Position numbers and translations under genes: made by a program | Source of the DNA: a plasmid | Sequence record: CP019900.1 | Direction: 5' to 3' (one strand) | Length of the DNA stretch: 64,000 bases | The notes under the pieces: generated by a model | The model's database searches: none | The model's input: only the letters and a program-made list of their open reading frames with translations | Told to the model about the DNA's origin: nothing | Shown here: piece by piece, positions 50,501 to 60,719 of the stretch | Layout: each line of letters begins with the position of its first letter | Numbering within the stretch: position 1 is the stretch's first letter

Positions 50501-52797
50501 TCACGGTGGTTCAGGGGTATGCCGGGGTGGGGAAAACCACCCAGTTCCGGGCAGTCATGAGTGCCATCAGTCTGCTGCCGGAAGAGACCCGCCCGCATGT
50601 CATCGGTCTGGGGCCGACGCATCGTGCGGTCGGGGAAATGCAGAGTGCCGGCGTGGACGCGCGCACGACGGCGTCGTTCCTCCACGACACGCAGCTGCTG
50701 CAGCGCAATGGCCAGACACCCGATTTCAGCAACACGCTGTTTCTGCTCGATGAGAGTTCGATGGTGGGGTTGTCAGACACGGCGAAAGCCCTGAGCCTGA
50801 TTGCGGCCGGGGGAGGTCGCGCAGTGCTCAGCGGAGATACCGACCAGCTGCAGTCCATTTCGCCGGGCCAGCCGTTCAGGCTGATGCAGCAGCGCAGCGC
50901 CGCCGACGTTGCCATCATGAAAGAGATTGTGCGCCAGGTGCCTGAGCTGAGACCAGCGGTCTACAGCCTGATTGACCGGGATATAGATCGTGCTCTGGCC
51001 ACCATCGAGCAGGTCACGCCGGAGCGAGTACCGAGGAAAGAAGGCGCCTGGGTGCCGGGCAGTTCAGTGGTGGAATTCACGCCGACGCAGGAAGAGGAGA
51101 TACGTAAGGCGCTGAGCAAGGGGGAAAGCCTGCCGGCAGGCCAGCCCGCGACGCTCTACGAGGCACTGGTGAAGGACTATACCGGACGGACCCCGGAGGC
51201 ACAGTCGCAGACGCTGATTATAACCCATCTGAATAATGACCGGCGGGCACTGAACGGTCTGATTCATGAAGCGAGGCGGGAGAACGGGGAAACTGGCAGG
51301 GAGGAAGTCACCCTGCCGGTGCTGGTCACGAGCAACATCCGTGACGGTGAACTGCGCAAACTGTCGACCTGGACAGCTCACAAGGGGGCGGTGGCGCTGG
51401 TTGATAACGTATACCACCGTATCGACAATGTGGATAAGGATAATCAGCTGATCACCCTGACTGACAGTGAAGGAAAGGAGCGATATATCTCTCCCCGTGA
51501 AGCCTCTGCTGAAGGTGTGACGCTTTATCGCCAGGAAGAGATCACCGTGTCTCAGGGGGACAGAATGCGTTTCAGCAAGAGTGACCCGGAACGCGGCTAT
51601 GTGGCCAACAGCGTCTGGGAGGTGCAGTCTGTTTCGGGTGACAGTGTCACGCTTTCTGATGGCAAAACTACCCGCACGCTGACCCCGAAGGCGGATGAAG
51701 CACAGCAGCACATCGACCTCGCCTACGCCATCACGGCTCACGGCGCCCAGGGGGCCAGCGAACCGTATGCCATCGCGCTGGAGGGTATGGTGGGGGCGCG
51801 AAAACTAATGGCCAGCTTCGAGTCTGCTTACGTGGGATTGTCCCGCATGAAACAGCATGTGCAGGTCTATACCGACAGACGCGAGGGCTGGATAAAGGCC
51901 ATCCAGCATTCACCTGAGAAAGCGACGGCGCACGATATTCTTGAACCCCGTAACGACCGGGCGGTGAAAACAGCCGATCTTCTGTTCGGGCGGGCAAGGC
52001 CACTGGATGAAACCGCCGCTGGCCGGGCAGCCCTGCAGCAGTCCGGTCTGGCACAGGGAAATTCACCAGGAAAATTCATTTCTCCGGGGAAAAAGTACCC
52101 TCAACCGCATGTGGCGCTGCCGGCATTTGATAAAAACGGGAAAGCCGCCGGTATCTGGCTCAGCCAGCTGACCGATCGGGACGGACGGCTGGAGGCCATC
52201 GGCGGAGAGGGACGGATTATGGGCAATGACGCCGCCCGGTTCGTGGCGCTGCAGAACAGCCGCAATGGTGAAAGCCTGCTGGCCGGGAATATGGGGGAGG
52301 GCGTCAGAATGGCACGCGACAATCCCGATACCGGAGTGGTGGTGCGGCTGGCCGGTGATGACCGCCCCTGGAACCCCGGGGCCATCACCGGCGGGCGGGT
52401 ATGGGCTGATCCGGCGCCGGTGGCTCCGGTACCGCAGGCCGGGGCTGACATTATCCTCCCGCCAGAGGTACTGGCACAGCGGGCGGCAGAAGAGCAGCAG
52501 CGCCGCGAAATGGAAAAACAGGCGGAACAGACTGCCCGGGAAGTGGCCGGGGAGGCGCGTAAAGCCGGCGAGCCGGCGGACCGGGTGAAAGAGGTTATCG
52601 GGGACGTCATCCGCGGACTGGAGCGTGACCGGCCGGGCCCGGAGAAAACGACGCTACCGGATGATCCTAAGTTCCGGCGCCAGGAGGCGGCGATTCAGCA
52701 GGTGGCTTCAGAAAGTCTGCAACGTGAGCGTCTGCAGGCTGTGGAGCGGGACATGGTGCGCGACCTGAACCGCGAGAAAACCCTCGGGGGCGACTGA
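47536..52797 (+). CDS. traI: TraI relaxase/helicase (full length, 1753 aa)
   Basis: N-terminal relaxase, two helicase domains with Walker A GYAGVGKTT; overlaps the traD stop (ATGATG). Confidence 0.95.
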   Translation: MMSIGSVKSAGSAGNYYTDKDNYYVIGSMDERWQGKGAEALGIDGKAVDKALFTELLKGKLPDGSDLTRIQDGANKHRPGYDLTFSAPKSVSVMAMLGGDKRLIDAHNQAVTEAVRQLETLAATRAMTDGKSETVLTGNLIVAKFNHDTNRNQEPQIHTHAVVINATQNGDKWQSLGTDKIGKTGFIENVYANQIAFGKLYREAFKPLVEKLGYETEVVGKHGMWEMKGVPVEPFSTRSQEVREAAGPDASLKSRDVAALDTRKSKEAIDPAEKMVEWMNTLKETGFDIRGYREAADARAAELACAPAAPVNTDGPDITDVVTKAIAGLSDRKVQFTYADLLARTVGQLEAKDGVFELARKGIDAAIEREQLIPLDREKGLFTSNIHVLDELAVKALSQEVQRHNHVSVTPDASVVRQVPFSDAVSVLAQDRPVMGIVSGQGGATGQRERVAELTLMAREQGRDVHILAADNRSRDFLAGDVRLAGETVTGKSALQDGTAFIPGGTLIVDQAEKLSLKETISLLDGAMRHNVQVLLSDSGKRSGTGSALTVLKDSGVNTYRWQGGHQTTADIISEPDKGARYSRLAQEFAVSVREGQESVAQISGTREQSVLNGLIRDSLRHEGVLGEKDTTITALTPVWLDSKSRGVRDYYREGMVMERWDPENRTHDRFVIDRVTASSNMLTLKDREGVRLDLKVSAVDSQWTLFRADTLPVAEGERLAVLGKIPDTRLKGGESITVMKVEDGQLTVQRPGQKTTQTLAVGAGVFDGIKIGHGWVESPGRSVSETATVFASVTQRELDNATLNQLAQSGSHLRLYSAQDAARTTEKLSRHTAFSVVSEQLKTRSGETDLDAAIAQQKAGLHTPAEQAIHLSIPLLESQDLTFTRPQLLATALETGGDKVPMWSIEMTIKKQIKSGQLLNVGVSPGHGNDLLISRQTWDAEKSILTRVLEGKDAVAPLMDRVPASLMTDLTAGQRAATRMILETPDRFTVVQGYAGVGKTTQFRAVMSAISLLPEETRPHVIGLGPTHRAVGEMQSAGVDARTTASFLHDTQLLQRNGQTPDFSNTLFLLDESSMVGLSDTAKALSLIAAGGGRAVLSGDTDQLQSISPGQPFRLMQQRSAADVAIMKEIVRQVPELRPAVYSLIDRDIDRALATIEQVTPERVPRKEGAWVPGSSVVEFTPTQEEEIRKALSKGESLPAGQPATLYEALVKDYTGRTPEAQSQTLIITHLNNDRRALNGLIHEARRENGETGREEVTLPVLVTSNIRDGELRKLSTWTAHKGAVALVDNVYHRIDNVDKDNQLITLTDSEGKERYISPREASAEGVTLYRQEEITVSQGDRMRFSKSDPERGYVANSVWEVQSVSGDSVTLSDGKTTRTLTPKADEAQQHIDLAYAITAHGAQGASEPYAIALEGMVGARKLMASFESAYVGLSRMKQHVQVYTDRREGWIKAIQHSPEKATAHDILEPRNDRAVKTADLLFGRARPLDETAAGRAALQQSGLAQGNSPGKFISPGKKYPQPHVALPAFDKNGKAAGIWLSQLTDRDGRLEAIGGEGRIMGNDAARFVALQNSRNGESLLAGNMGEGVRMARDNPDTGVVVRLAGDDRPWNPGAITGGRVWADPAPVAPVPQAGADIILPPEVLAQRAAEEQQRREMEKQAEQTAREVAGEARKAGEPADRVKEVIGDVIRGLERDRPGPEKTTLPDDPKFRRQEAAIQQVASESLQRERLQAVERDMVRDLNREKTLGGD

Positions 52798-52886
52798 CGC
52801 GCCTGCGGCTTGTCTGCCCCGGTAGGGCCTCCGGTTAACACCGGGCACCCTGCCGGGGCGCGGTAAAAAGAGAGAAGGATACAGAG

Positions 52887-53612
52887 ATGACAGCACACAC
52901 AGTGGGTTTCAGAGCCGCTGACCGCTGGCTGCAGGCATTACTGACCTGGACACCGGGTCAGACGGATATGATTAAAACGGTGGCCCTGGTCCTGATGGTC
53001 ACCGACCATGCCGGGTTACTGCTGGCACACAATAACGAGATAATGCGCATGCTGGGACGCGGTTGTTTTCCGCTGTTCGGTCTGGCATGGGGAATGAATC
53101 TGGCCCGGCACGCGGAAATACGCCAGTCGCAGCTGAACAGCCTGTGGGGCTGGGCGCTGGTTGCCCAGGTGTCGTTTATGCTCATCGGGTACCCGTGGTA
53201 TACCGGGAATATTCTGTTCGCCTTTGCCGTCACGGGCCAGGTCCTGCGGTGGGTCAGCCAGCCGTCCTGGTATTACACCCTCCCGGCTGTTGGACTGCTG
53301 GTCGTCTGGATACCCCTGTCAACCGGCAGCTACGGCATGGCCGGAGTGGGCATGCTCACCGCCAGCTGGCTGCTTTGTCGCGCACAGCATGCACCGGAAC
53401 GGCTGGGATACGGGGTGCTGTGGGCCCTCATGGTGTTGCTGATGAATATGCATGACGTGAGTGAATCGGTGGCCGGGCTGGCGATTGCGCTGCTGACGCT
53501 GATGGTGTGTTCATCTGCCGGAGAACGTGTGAAACGCTTCTGGCCACGGCAGTTCTTCGTGATGTTCTATGCCGTGCACCTAGCGGTACTGGGTATTGTC
53601 GTCTCAATGTGA
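52887..53612 (+). CDS. traX: TraX (F-pilin N-acetylase, membrane)
   Basis: Similarity to F TraX (IKTVALVLMV, GNILFAFAV). Confidence 0.85.
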   Translation: MTAHTVGFRAADRWLQALLTWTPGQTDMIKTVALVLMVTDHAGLLLAHNNEIMRMLGRGCFPLFGLAWGMNLARHAEIRQSQLNSLWGWALVAQVSFMLIGYPWYTGNILFAFAVTGQVLRWVSQPSWYYTLPAVGLLVVWIPLSTGSYGMAGVGMLTASWLLCRAQHAPERLGYGVLWALMVLLMNMHDVSESVAGLAIALLTLMVCSSAGERVKRFWPRQFFVMFYAVHLAVLGIVVSM

Positions 53613-53683
53613 ATGCAGGAACAGGAAAGGGCGATGTCGTTCAGGTATAGTAGCTCTTATTAACTGAACGATAGGCAATTGTT

Positions 53684-54280
53684 ATGGCAGAAGAAAAACG
53701 CCCTGTACTGAGCCTGAAAAGAAAACCGGCGGAGAACAGTACGACCTCCGCAGAGGCGACCCCTGCTCCTGGTGTGGTGCGCCGAAAGAAGGTCGTGGTG
53801 GTCTCGTCCCCGCCAGCCTGGAAGGCAAAGAAAGCGAAACTTGAGAAGGTTAAACCAGCGGCCGAAGCCGCCGCGCGCAACGCTGCGACGGTGCCGGTTA
53901 AAGCGGTAAAGACGCCACCTCCGGTGCGTTATCTTCGCCTGCTGCCGCCGGAACAGGCCATCATGACCCTCAAGGCGTTCTGGCCACAGCTGTTCGACGG
54001 AAACTCCCCCCGTCTGCTGGCAACAGGAATGCGCGAACAGCTGTTTTCCGACATAGTGAACCGCGACCTGCCGCTGTCGCATAAACAGGTGATTAAGTGC
54101 CTGAAGAGTCTGACCCGGTCTGCGGGCTATCTGTCCCGGATGAAGGTGGGAGCTTCCCGCTATGATCTGCAGGGGAACGCCGTCGCGACCGTCACTGCAG
54201 AGGAAGCGCAGTACGCCAGTGAGCGCATGATGAAAGAACTCATGCGAACTGAGCGTATGCGGAGCCAGTCTGCTGACTGA
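53684..54280 (+). CDS. finO: FinO (ProQ/FinO-domain RNA chaperone, fertility inhibition)
   Basis: KRPVLSLKRK N-terminus, WPQLFDGNSPRLLATGMREQL core as in F/R100 FinO. Confidence 0.9.
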   Translation: MAEEKRPVLSLKRKPAENSTTSAEATPAPGVVRRKKVVVVSSPPAWKAKKAKLEKVKPAAEAAARNAATVPVKAVKTPPPVRYLRLLPPEQAIMTLKAFWPQLFDGNSPRLLATGMREQLFSDIVNRDLPLSHKQVIKCLKSLTRSAGYLSRMKVGASRYDLQGNAVATVTAEEAQYASERMMKELMRTERMRSQSAD

Positions 54281-54299
54281 ATACAACAGAGGTGAGGAA

Positions 54300-54647
54300 A
54301 TGGATTTTGAAGCGCGGAAACAAAAGGCGCTGGCGATAATGGCCAGCCGTAAGATGTGGAAAAGCAATTATGCACCGCTTCTGATACGACTGTTGTGGCG
54401 GCTGGGGATAAACATTCCCCCGCTGCCGTTTGCTCCGCTCTGGCAGGTTTTTGGCGTGATGACAGGCTCTTTCTCCGTCGGATACGGACTGTGGATGTAC
54501 TGGATGGTGTGGCGGGCCCAGGGGATGCCACCCCTGTTCGCTTGCAAAATCAGTCTTATCGCGGGCGTATTATTTGGCCTGACGATGGCACTGTTTCATC
54601 TTTGGCGGCGAAAGGTGAATAAATTACCTGACTGGAAAGATTTATAA
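54300..54647 (+). CDS. Hypothetical membrane protein (115 aa)
   Basis: 3 TM helices; GAGGAAA SD. Confidence 0.5.
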   Translation: MDFEARKQKALAIMASRKMWKSNYAPLLIRLLWRLGINIPPLPFAPLWQVFGVMTGSFSVGYGLWMYWMVWRAQGMPPLFACKISLIAGVLFGLTMALFHLWRRKVNKLPDWKDL

Positions 54648-55117
54648 CGGAATAAATATAGGCTGTCAGGTGGGGGATATTCCCGATCTGACAGATTCCA
54701 CATCCTCTTAAAAAACATTAACCCTGTATGGTGCGGTTATTATATGTGACTGCGTCCGTACTGGTGTTACTCTTGTCCGGAAAGGTCTGTTGTTTTTCTT
54801 ATTGTCTCATAGTCAGAAAAATATATTCAAACGAAAGAGAGGTAAAAGGGTGAAAGGCGTTGTGGCTGAGGCGTGTGTGTTGCCCAGGTATGGGCAGGCG
54901 CGAAGAATTACAAGCCGTTCGGTATACTGAATGGCCGATTCGGGACTGCCTCGTCCCCGGGGTATGTGACGTTTATAAGTGCTCAATTTTCAATTTAAAT
55001 CATCCACTTTCAGAATTTAACTGATTTCAATATTTTCATTGCATCACGACGGGTGATTTATGAAATGCACAGGCATTCTTATCGAGCGCTAATTATCAAA
55101 TGGAAAGGAATGTTACT

Positions 55118-55762
55118 ATGTTTAAATATTTTATTCTGCGCACACAGCAGCAGCTGTTCTGTTATTTCTGCGGTATCGTGCTTGCGATGGTTCTTATGCT
55201 CCTGTTCCCTTCTGTTTTACGGGGGAGTGGGTTTTATCTGCTTTTATCGTCTGTTGCGCTGTTCTGGGCAGGCCTTGCCCTTTATACCCGTCACATCGAC
55301 CGGATGAGAAAGCCAGAGGTCACACCGCTGGTCAGTATTCGCGACGGTATTCAGGTGGTGGCCGAGGTGCCGCGCCATGAAAAGGCCCGACTGGAATGGG
55401 AAATACTCCGGGATGATGAGGTGTTTCGCCAGCAAAGGTGGGAGCTTACTGGCCTGACCGGACGGGTTATCAGCCGGGGGCTGTTGTATACGCCGGCGGT
55501 GATGCTGGGCGGTATCGGTATTCTCGCCTGGGGTTCCCCACAGGATGCCATCCGGCTGATTAATGCTCTTCGTAATATGCCTGCTGCGGAACTGGTGCAT
55601 CAGATTGGTTTTGTCCTGTGCCTCTTCCTGCAGATTAGCGTCATATCAGTTCTGATTGCTGATGTTGTAGCCGGGAGAGGATTACCGAATGTATTTCGCC
55701 GCGCGTTGCTCGACAGGCTGCCGGCAGAGTTCTGCCTTATCAGAAGAGGGACAGAAAGATGA
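55118..55762 (+). CDS. Hypothetical membrane protein (214 aa)
   Basis: Multiple TM helices; followed by a 35-codon HTH-like ORF (55759-55866). Confidence 0.45.
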   Translation: MFKYFILRTQQQLFCYFCGIVLAMVLMLLFPSVLRGSGFYLLLSSVALFWAGLALYTRHIDRMRKPEVTPLVSIRDGIQVVAEVPRHEKARLEWEILRDDEVFRQQRWELTGLTGRVISRGLLYTPAVMLGGIGILAWGSPQDAIRLINALRNMPAAELVHQIGFVLCLFLQISVISVLIADVVAGRGLPNVFRRALLDRLPAEFCLIRRGTER

Positions 55763-56050
55763 GGAAGACGACAGGTCTAACCATCAGCGCGATTGCCCGT
55801 GAATTCAATACTACACGACAGACCATTCTCAGAGTAAGAGCGGCAATGGAAGACTCTAACCCTTTGTAGATAATTGCTTTTTCAATGAATCGCGCCGTTT
55901 ATGCTCTTGTGCTTGATGCCCGCGGGTAGGAGTTAGTACTTAAAGGTATAGGTCAATTTCGCCGGAACACTTGCGCTGGAATGGGATAAAGATGAGATGT
56001 GCCGCGCTCGCTGATATCTGAAAACTGACGAAGGGCAACATCACTTTATA

Positions 56051-56087
56051 TCCTTAAAATAAAAGAAAAGCCGACCATAGGTCGGCT
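56051..56087 (-). terminator. Rho-independent terminator (AGCCGACC-TATG-GTCGGCT + T-rich) after the dehydrogenase operon
   Basis: Hairpin then TTTCTTTTATTTT on the minus strand. Confidence 0.7.
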
Positions 56088-56140
56088 ACGCAAATTAGCG
56101 ATGCAGCGAACATACATTTAAAACATCATATATGGAGCAT

Positions 56141-57532
56141 TTAGTCGTCTACTTGTAGAGAGATAATTTCACCCAACGTGACAGGTTTCAGCGGTGGTCG
56201 AATACGGTAAAAATCCTGCTGCGTAACCTGACGTTTCTGTTCTGAGGCGATGATATTGGCAATGGTGTATCCACATTGCCTGCCCTGACAGGGGCCCATG
56301 CCCGCGCGTGTAAACGCCTTCAGCTGGTTTATGCCCGGTGAGGCCAGAGCGGCCGCCCGCCGGATGTCGCCGGCGGTGAGTTCTTCGCACCGGCACACAA
56401 TGGTTTCGTCCGCCGGTGAGACCAGACGCTGAGGAGGCGGGTAAAGGGCATCAAGCATGGGGCGAATCCCCAGCAGTTTCTTCAACCTTAACCGTAACGG
56501 CAGTGCCAGCGCATCTGCCTTTTTCTGCGCCAGAAGGCCGGCCCGGAGAGCAATGCCCAGCGCCACAATTTCGCCGCGTGTACAGGCCGCCAGTCCGCCG
56601 CCAATACCGGCGCCGTCTCCGGCAACAGAGATGCCAGCAATACTGCCTCTTCCCCAGATATCAAGCGTGGGCACCAGGCAGTTCTGCTGATGACTCCAGT
56701 GATGTTGCAACCCCAGCGATCGCGTCACGTGAACAGACGGGACAACACCTTCGTGCACAAGCACGGCATTCACGCTGACCCGTCGGGTCACACCACTGGA
56801 AAGGGTATATTCCAGTTCCTGAAGACGGCCTTCACCCAGCGCGCGGAAAGACTGAATGCCACGAATGCGACGCGTACCGGAGCGCTTTATCTGGTTCAGC
56901 CAGACGAGACCTTTGAGAATGTCTTTACGACCCCAGAATGCCTCCCTGAGCCAGGGAAGCGCACGGCGCCATTCTCCGGGCGCGCTGGTATCGAGCCAGC
57001 CCTCTATAGTGCCGCCTGCCCGGATAACCTGAGCCATGTAAAGAATGGGAAGGGGACCACTCCCGACGACCCAGGTCGGGCCTTCAGGTATCTGTCTGGC
57101 ATTTTTCAGCAGGATCTGTGCGCCGCCCACCGGCATTACGCCGGGCAGCGTCCATCCCGGGAACGGCGCAGGTCTTTCCTGTGCGCCGGTGGCCAGAACA
57201 ATCTCTTTGGCCTCAACGGATTCAGTTTTCCCGTCCCTGCGAAGAAATACCCGCCATGAAGGCTCTAACTGCCAGACCTGGGTGTTGGGCTCATAAACGG
57301 CTCCACAGGCCCTGAAATCAGCTGCCACTGAAGCACCTGATTCATACTCTTTACCCAGGATCTGTCCCAGAGGCGAACCGGCAACACCTTCAATATTGCG
57401 CCAGAGCTGGCCGCCCGGTCCCGGCTGTTCATCCACGACCAGCACTGACAGTCCGAACGTCCGCATCCGGATCGCCGCACTCATTCCTGCCGGTCCCGCG
57501 CCAACGACAATCACATCAAATTTGCGGCTCAT
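56141..57532 (-). CDS. FAD/NAD-binding oxidoreductase large subunit (opine oxidase OoxA / HcnB-like) with a C-terminal 2Fe-2S-binding segment
   Basis: VIVVGAGPAGMSAA dinucleotide fold; C-terminal CRCEE...GPCQGRQC. Confidence 0.75.
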   Translation of the reverse strand: MSRKFDVIVVGAGPAGMSAAIRMRTFGLSVLVVDEQPGPGGQLWRNIEGVAGSPLGQILGKEYESGASVAADFRACGAVYEPNTQVWQLEPSWRVFLRRDGKTESVEAKEIVLATGAQERPAPFPGWTLPGVMPVGGAQILLKNARQIPEGPTWVVGSGPLPILYMAQVIRAGGTIEGWLDTSAPGEWRRALPWLREAFWGRKDILKGLVWLNQIKRSGTRRIRGIQSFRALGEGRLQELEYTLSSGVTRRVSVNAVLVHEGVVPSVHVTRSLGLQHHWSHQQNCLVPTLDIWGRGSIAGISVAGDGAGIGGGLAACTRGEIVALGIALRAGLLAQKKADALALPLRLRLKKLLGIRPMLDALYPPPQRLVSPADETIVCRCEELTAGDIRRAAALASPGINQLKAFTRAGMGPCQGRQCGYTIANIIASEQKRQVTQQDFYRIRPPLKPVTLGEIISLQVDD

Positions 57533-57831
57533 TTGTTCAGACTCCGGCGGCCCATCTGGCGCTCAACATGCATATTGTCCTCAACGGTGACCAGACAGGT
57601 CTGAACCGATCCCTGTCCGTTAACCACGGCCAGACAGTCAAAACAGACGCCCATCATGCAGTAAGGGGCCCGTTCGCTCATCTGTACCGGCGTGGTCCGG
57701 CTCATCAGTTTGCTCTGGCGTAGCAGGACGGCAGCGACGGTTTCGCCTGCTTCCGCTTCCGTTGCCACTCCGTCGATATAGATAACAAGCTTTTGAGAGC
57801 CGGCTGGCTGATTAAGCTTCCTGAACATGGA
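57529..57831 (-). CDS. Small 2Fe-2S subunit (HcnA / sarcosine-oxidase-like)
   Basis: ~100 aa, Cys cluster CMMGVCFDC; translationally coupled. Confidence 0.65.
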   Translation of the reverse strand, partial: SMFRKLNQPAGSQKLVIYIDGVATEAEAGETVAAVLLRQSKLMSRTTPVQMSERAPYCMMGVCFDCLAVVNGQGSVQTCLVTVEDNMHVERQMGRRSLNK

Positions 57832-58939
57832 ACCGTCCGTAATGAAAAGGTGAAAGGCTGTCCGGGTAGGTGTCGCCTGATGCCAGGATCCGCGCGTACT
57901 GGCTGGCGTGGAAAGACGCCAGGGTGACGCCGGAGTGGCACACGGCAAGATGCGCGCCCGGGCAGGTTACAGAAGAGGCATATACCGGGCTGCCGTCTGG
58001 CGTCATGATCCGCAGAGCGGACCACTGCCGGACTATTTTTGCGCCTGAGAGCGCAGGCAGTGTCTTTATCGCTCTCGCCGCCATACGGGTTGCACCGGCA
58101 GTGGTTGTCGAGAGGTCAAACCCCACATCTTCATGCGTGGCACCGATCATCACGGTTCCTTCAGCAGTCTGACGAATTTCGCCTGATGGCAGTGGAAGGA
58201 ACGATGCCAGCCTTTCTGTGACAAGCAACTGGCCGCGAAGGGGGGCGACGGGAGCTTCAAGCCCCACCATTGGTGCCAGCGTTACGTTACCCAGCCCTGC
58301 AGCCAGCAGGACTTGACCCGAACGGAAACTCGCATGCTCTGTGATGACCTCAAAGCCACCGTCTGCAAGGGATGAAATCTGTCTGACGCGGCTGTTATTC
58401 TGAATAAAGCCACCGCGCAGTAGAAAGGCTTTATGAAGCGCCGAAAGCAGGCGCAGTGGATTGACGTGTCCGTCAGTCGGGCCGAAACACGCACCCACAA
58501 CGTCTTTGCCCAGCCTGATATCGGGAAAGCGGGCGTTCAGTTCGCTGCGGCGTAACATCTGGACTGGATGCGAGAGTTCCGGCATCTGAGCAATCCACTC
58601 ACTCATCTCACGGGAAAAGTTGGAAAATTCTTCTTCGCTCAGGCAAAACTCCAGCCCACCATTATTTTCATAATTGAGGGTGAGCCCGCTTTCGTCTTCG
58701 AGCTCCCGGGCAAAGGCGGGCCATTGTGAGACCGCCTCCACGGAGAGGCGCTGATAGGCCGGATCCCCAAGCCCTTTACCTGCTGACCAGACGAGACCAA
58801 AGTTCGCTTTAGCGGCCCGGAGATCCGTGTCTTCGGCATCCAGCATCAGAACGCGAAGCGGCAGCTTTGATAGTCCCCAGGCGATAGCTGCGCCAGTCAT
58901 ACCAGCACCCACAACTATCAGGTCATACTCACGTTGCAT
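57812..58939 (-). CDS. FAD-dependent oxidoreductase (OoxB / HcnC / DadA-like)
   Basis: DLIVVGAGMTGAAIA N-terminal FAD fold; 375 aa. Confidence 0.75.
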   Translation of the reverse strand: MQREYDLIVVGAGMTGAAIAWGLSKLPLRVLMLDAEDTDLRAAKANFGLVWSAGKGLGDPAYQRLSVEAVSQWPAFARELEDESGLTLNYENNGGLEFCLSEEEFSNFSREMSEWIAQMPELSHPVQMLRRSELNARFPDIRLGKDVVGACFGPTDGHVNPLRLLSALHKAFLLRGGFIQNNSRVRQISSLADGGFEVITEHASFRSGQVLLAAGLGNVTLAPMVGLEAPVAPLRGQLLVTERLASFLPLPSGEIRQTAEGTVMIGATHEDVGFDLSTTTAGATRMAARAIKTLPALSGAKIVRQWSALRIMTPDGSPVYASSVTCPGAHLAVCHSGVTLASFHASQYARILASGDTYPDSLSPFHYGRFHVQEA

Positions 58940-59689
58940 TATGCGGAGTTCCTACAGGCTGAATAATAAACAGTGCTGCTGTCTGGTACTGAACGAGTAA
59001 ACGGCCAAGGGTAGTCCACTGGCCTTGAGTAAAAGACAACAAATTGTCCGGGTCTTTTACAGTGTTTTCTCGGGAGCCCAGAAATACAGGTGCTGCGTGA
59101 CAGGATGCTTGCGAGGTTATACAGCTTCGGCACCGCAGTCATGGATATGAAACAGCGTGAAGAATGCCAATTCAAATGAGTTTCAGAAGGACTTTCATGC
59201 GTAAATGTTATGCATGCATTAAACCGGGCTAGGCCTTGCTGAATACAGTTATTTAATCGTTGTTTTTTCAAAGAAAAATTCATAATTTCTTCAGGGCAAT
59301 AAAAAATCATACTTGTTGCTGAGGGCCATAGTGTTTTCTTATCTGACGAATGAGTTAAAGAAAAGCTCGTTACTGAATGTTTTTGAGGGATGAGTCTATC
59401 ATTCTGATATTAATTGATATTTGTCCCATGAAACCTGACTGGACACATTGTATTAGTTTCGGGCATAACATTCACTCATGACAGCCATCTTATTTTTTAT
59501 TATTCAGTAAACAGGCTTCGTGGCAACACTGCTGACAGGTTTTAAACGTTAATGAAACCATGAAAAAGACTAATTTCACGAAATTATTCTTCCCAATAAA
59601 ACCGCATCTGTAAAAAAACAACTTTAAACAAGGCACGGTCAATAAGCCGCACTGACTTTCTATTTTATTCAACATGAAAGGCCATAATT

Positions 59690-60520
59690 ATGAAATTTGC
59701 TATTGCAACCCTGTTTGCTGCTGCTGCGTTTTCAACTTTTTCAACTTATGCGCAGGATACTATTCAGATTGCTACTGAAGGGGCTTATAAACCTTGGTCG
59801 TTCGTCAATGACAGCGGCAAGCTGGATGGTTTTGAAATTGACCTCACAAATGCGCTTTGCGCACGAATTAAGGCTGAATGCAAAGTATCAGCTCAGAACT
59901 GGGATGGGATGATCCCGGCACTCAAATCAGGCAAGTTTGATGCGATCGTAGCGGCAATGACGATTACGCCAAAGCGACAGGAAGTTATCGGATTTTCCGA
60001 AGCTTACGCAGCGTCACCTAATACGTTTATGGTGCTAAAAGATGGTCCTCTTGCGAACATGAAATCGACCGGAAAAACGTTCGATCTGTCAGACGCTGGA
60101 AACATGGCTGATGCAGAACTGGCTAATATGGCACGGGAACTCAGGGGAAAAACGGTTGGCGTTCAGGTGTCCACAACAGCGGCCTCTTTCCTGCACGACA
60201 AATTAAAAGGGGTAGAGGTTCGTGAATATAAAACGTTTGATGAGTCTGAACTTGATTTGCTTGCCGGACGCGTTGACGCAGTCATGGCAAACATCACCGT
60301 ATTGAGTGATGCGCTCAAACGGAAAGATGCAAGTATTGCCCAGCTTGCCGGTCCTACGCTGGTGGGGTCGCCGTTTAACTCTGTTGCAATAGGACTGCGT
60401 AAAGAAGATGCTGCACTGAAATCTCAGCTGGATGCCGGAATTAAATCTCTGCGTGACGACGGCACAATTAAAAAACTCAGTGAGAAATGGTTCGGGGTGG
60501 ATCTTTCTCCTCGCTCCTGA
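59690..60520 (+). CDS. Periplasmic polar amino-acid/opine-binding protein (HisJ/OccT family)
   Basis: Signal peptide, SBP_bac_3 pattern. Confidence 0.8.
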   Translation: MKFAIATLFAAAAFSTFSTYAQDTIQIATEGAYKPWSFVNDSGKLDGFEIDLTNALCARIKAECKVSAQNWDGMIPALKSGKFDAIVAAMTITPKRQEVIGFSEAYAASPNTFMVLKDGPLANMKSTGKTFDLSDAGNMADAELANMARELRGKTVGVQVSTTAASFLHDKLKGVEVREYKTFDESELDLLAGRVDAVMANITVLSDALKRKDASIAQLAGPTLVGSPFNSVAIGLRKEDAALKSQLDAGIKSLRDDGTIKKLSEKWFGVDLSPRS

Positions 60521-60719
60521 GATGAAGAGTGTTGCTGCAATTTTAAATCAGCAGGCTGGCGCACGTCGTCAGCCTGTTAACCTTCATATCCTGATTCTCC
60601 CGCGCTGGGCTGTTCGAAAATACTCCCTGCATGTTCATTTAAGAGGAGGATGAATGCACCCGATAAGCACACTGGACTCTTTCATAGTATTTAGTTATGA
60701 CCCTCTCGCTGGATGCGCG

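Noticed and set aside
47107-52610. Numerous long antisense or alternative-frame ORFs inside traD/traI (e.g. 47107-48201, 48955-50031, 51064-51741)
   Set aside because: They are embedded in, and opposite to, the clearly homologous TraD/TraI frames; high GC suppresses stop codons and produces these artefacts.
55759-55866. 35-codon ORF MRKTTGLTISAIAREFNTTRQTILRVRAAMEDSNPL resembling a resolvase/invertase C-terminal HTH
   Set aside because: Too short to call a gene; possibly a remnant of a recombinase. Noted only.
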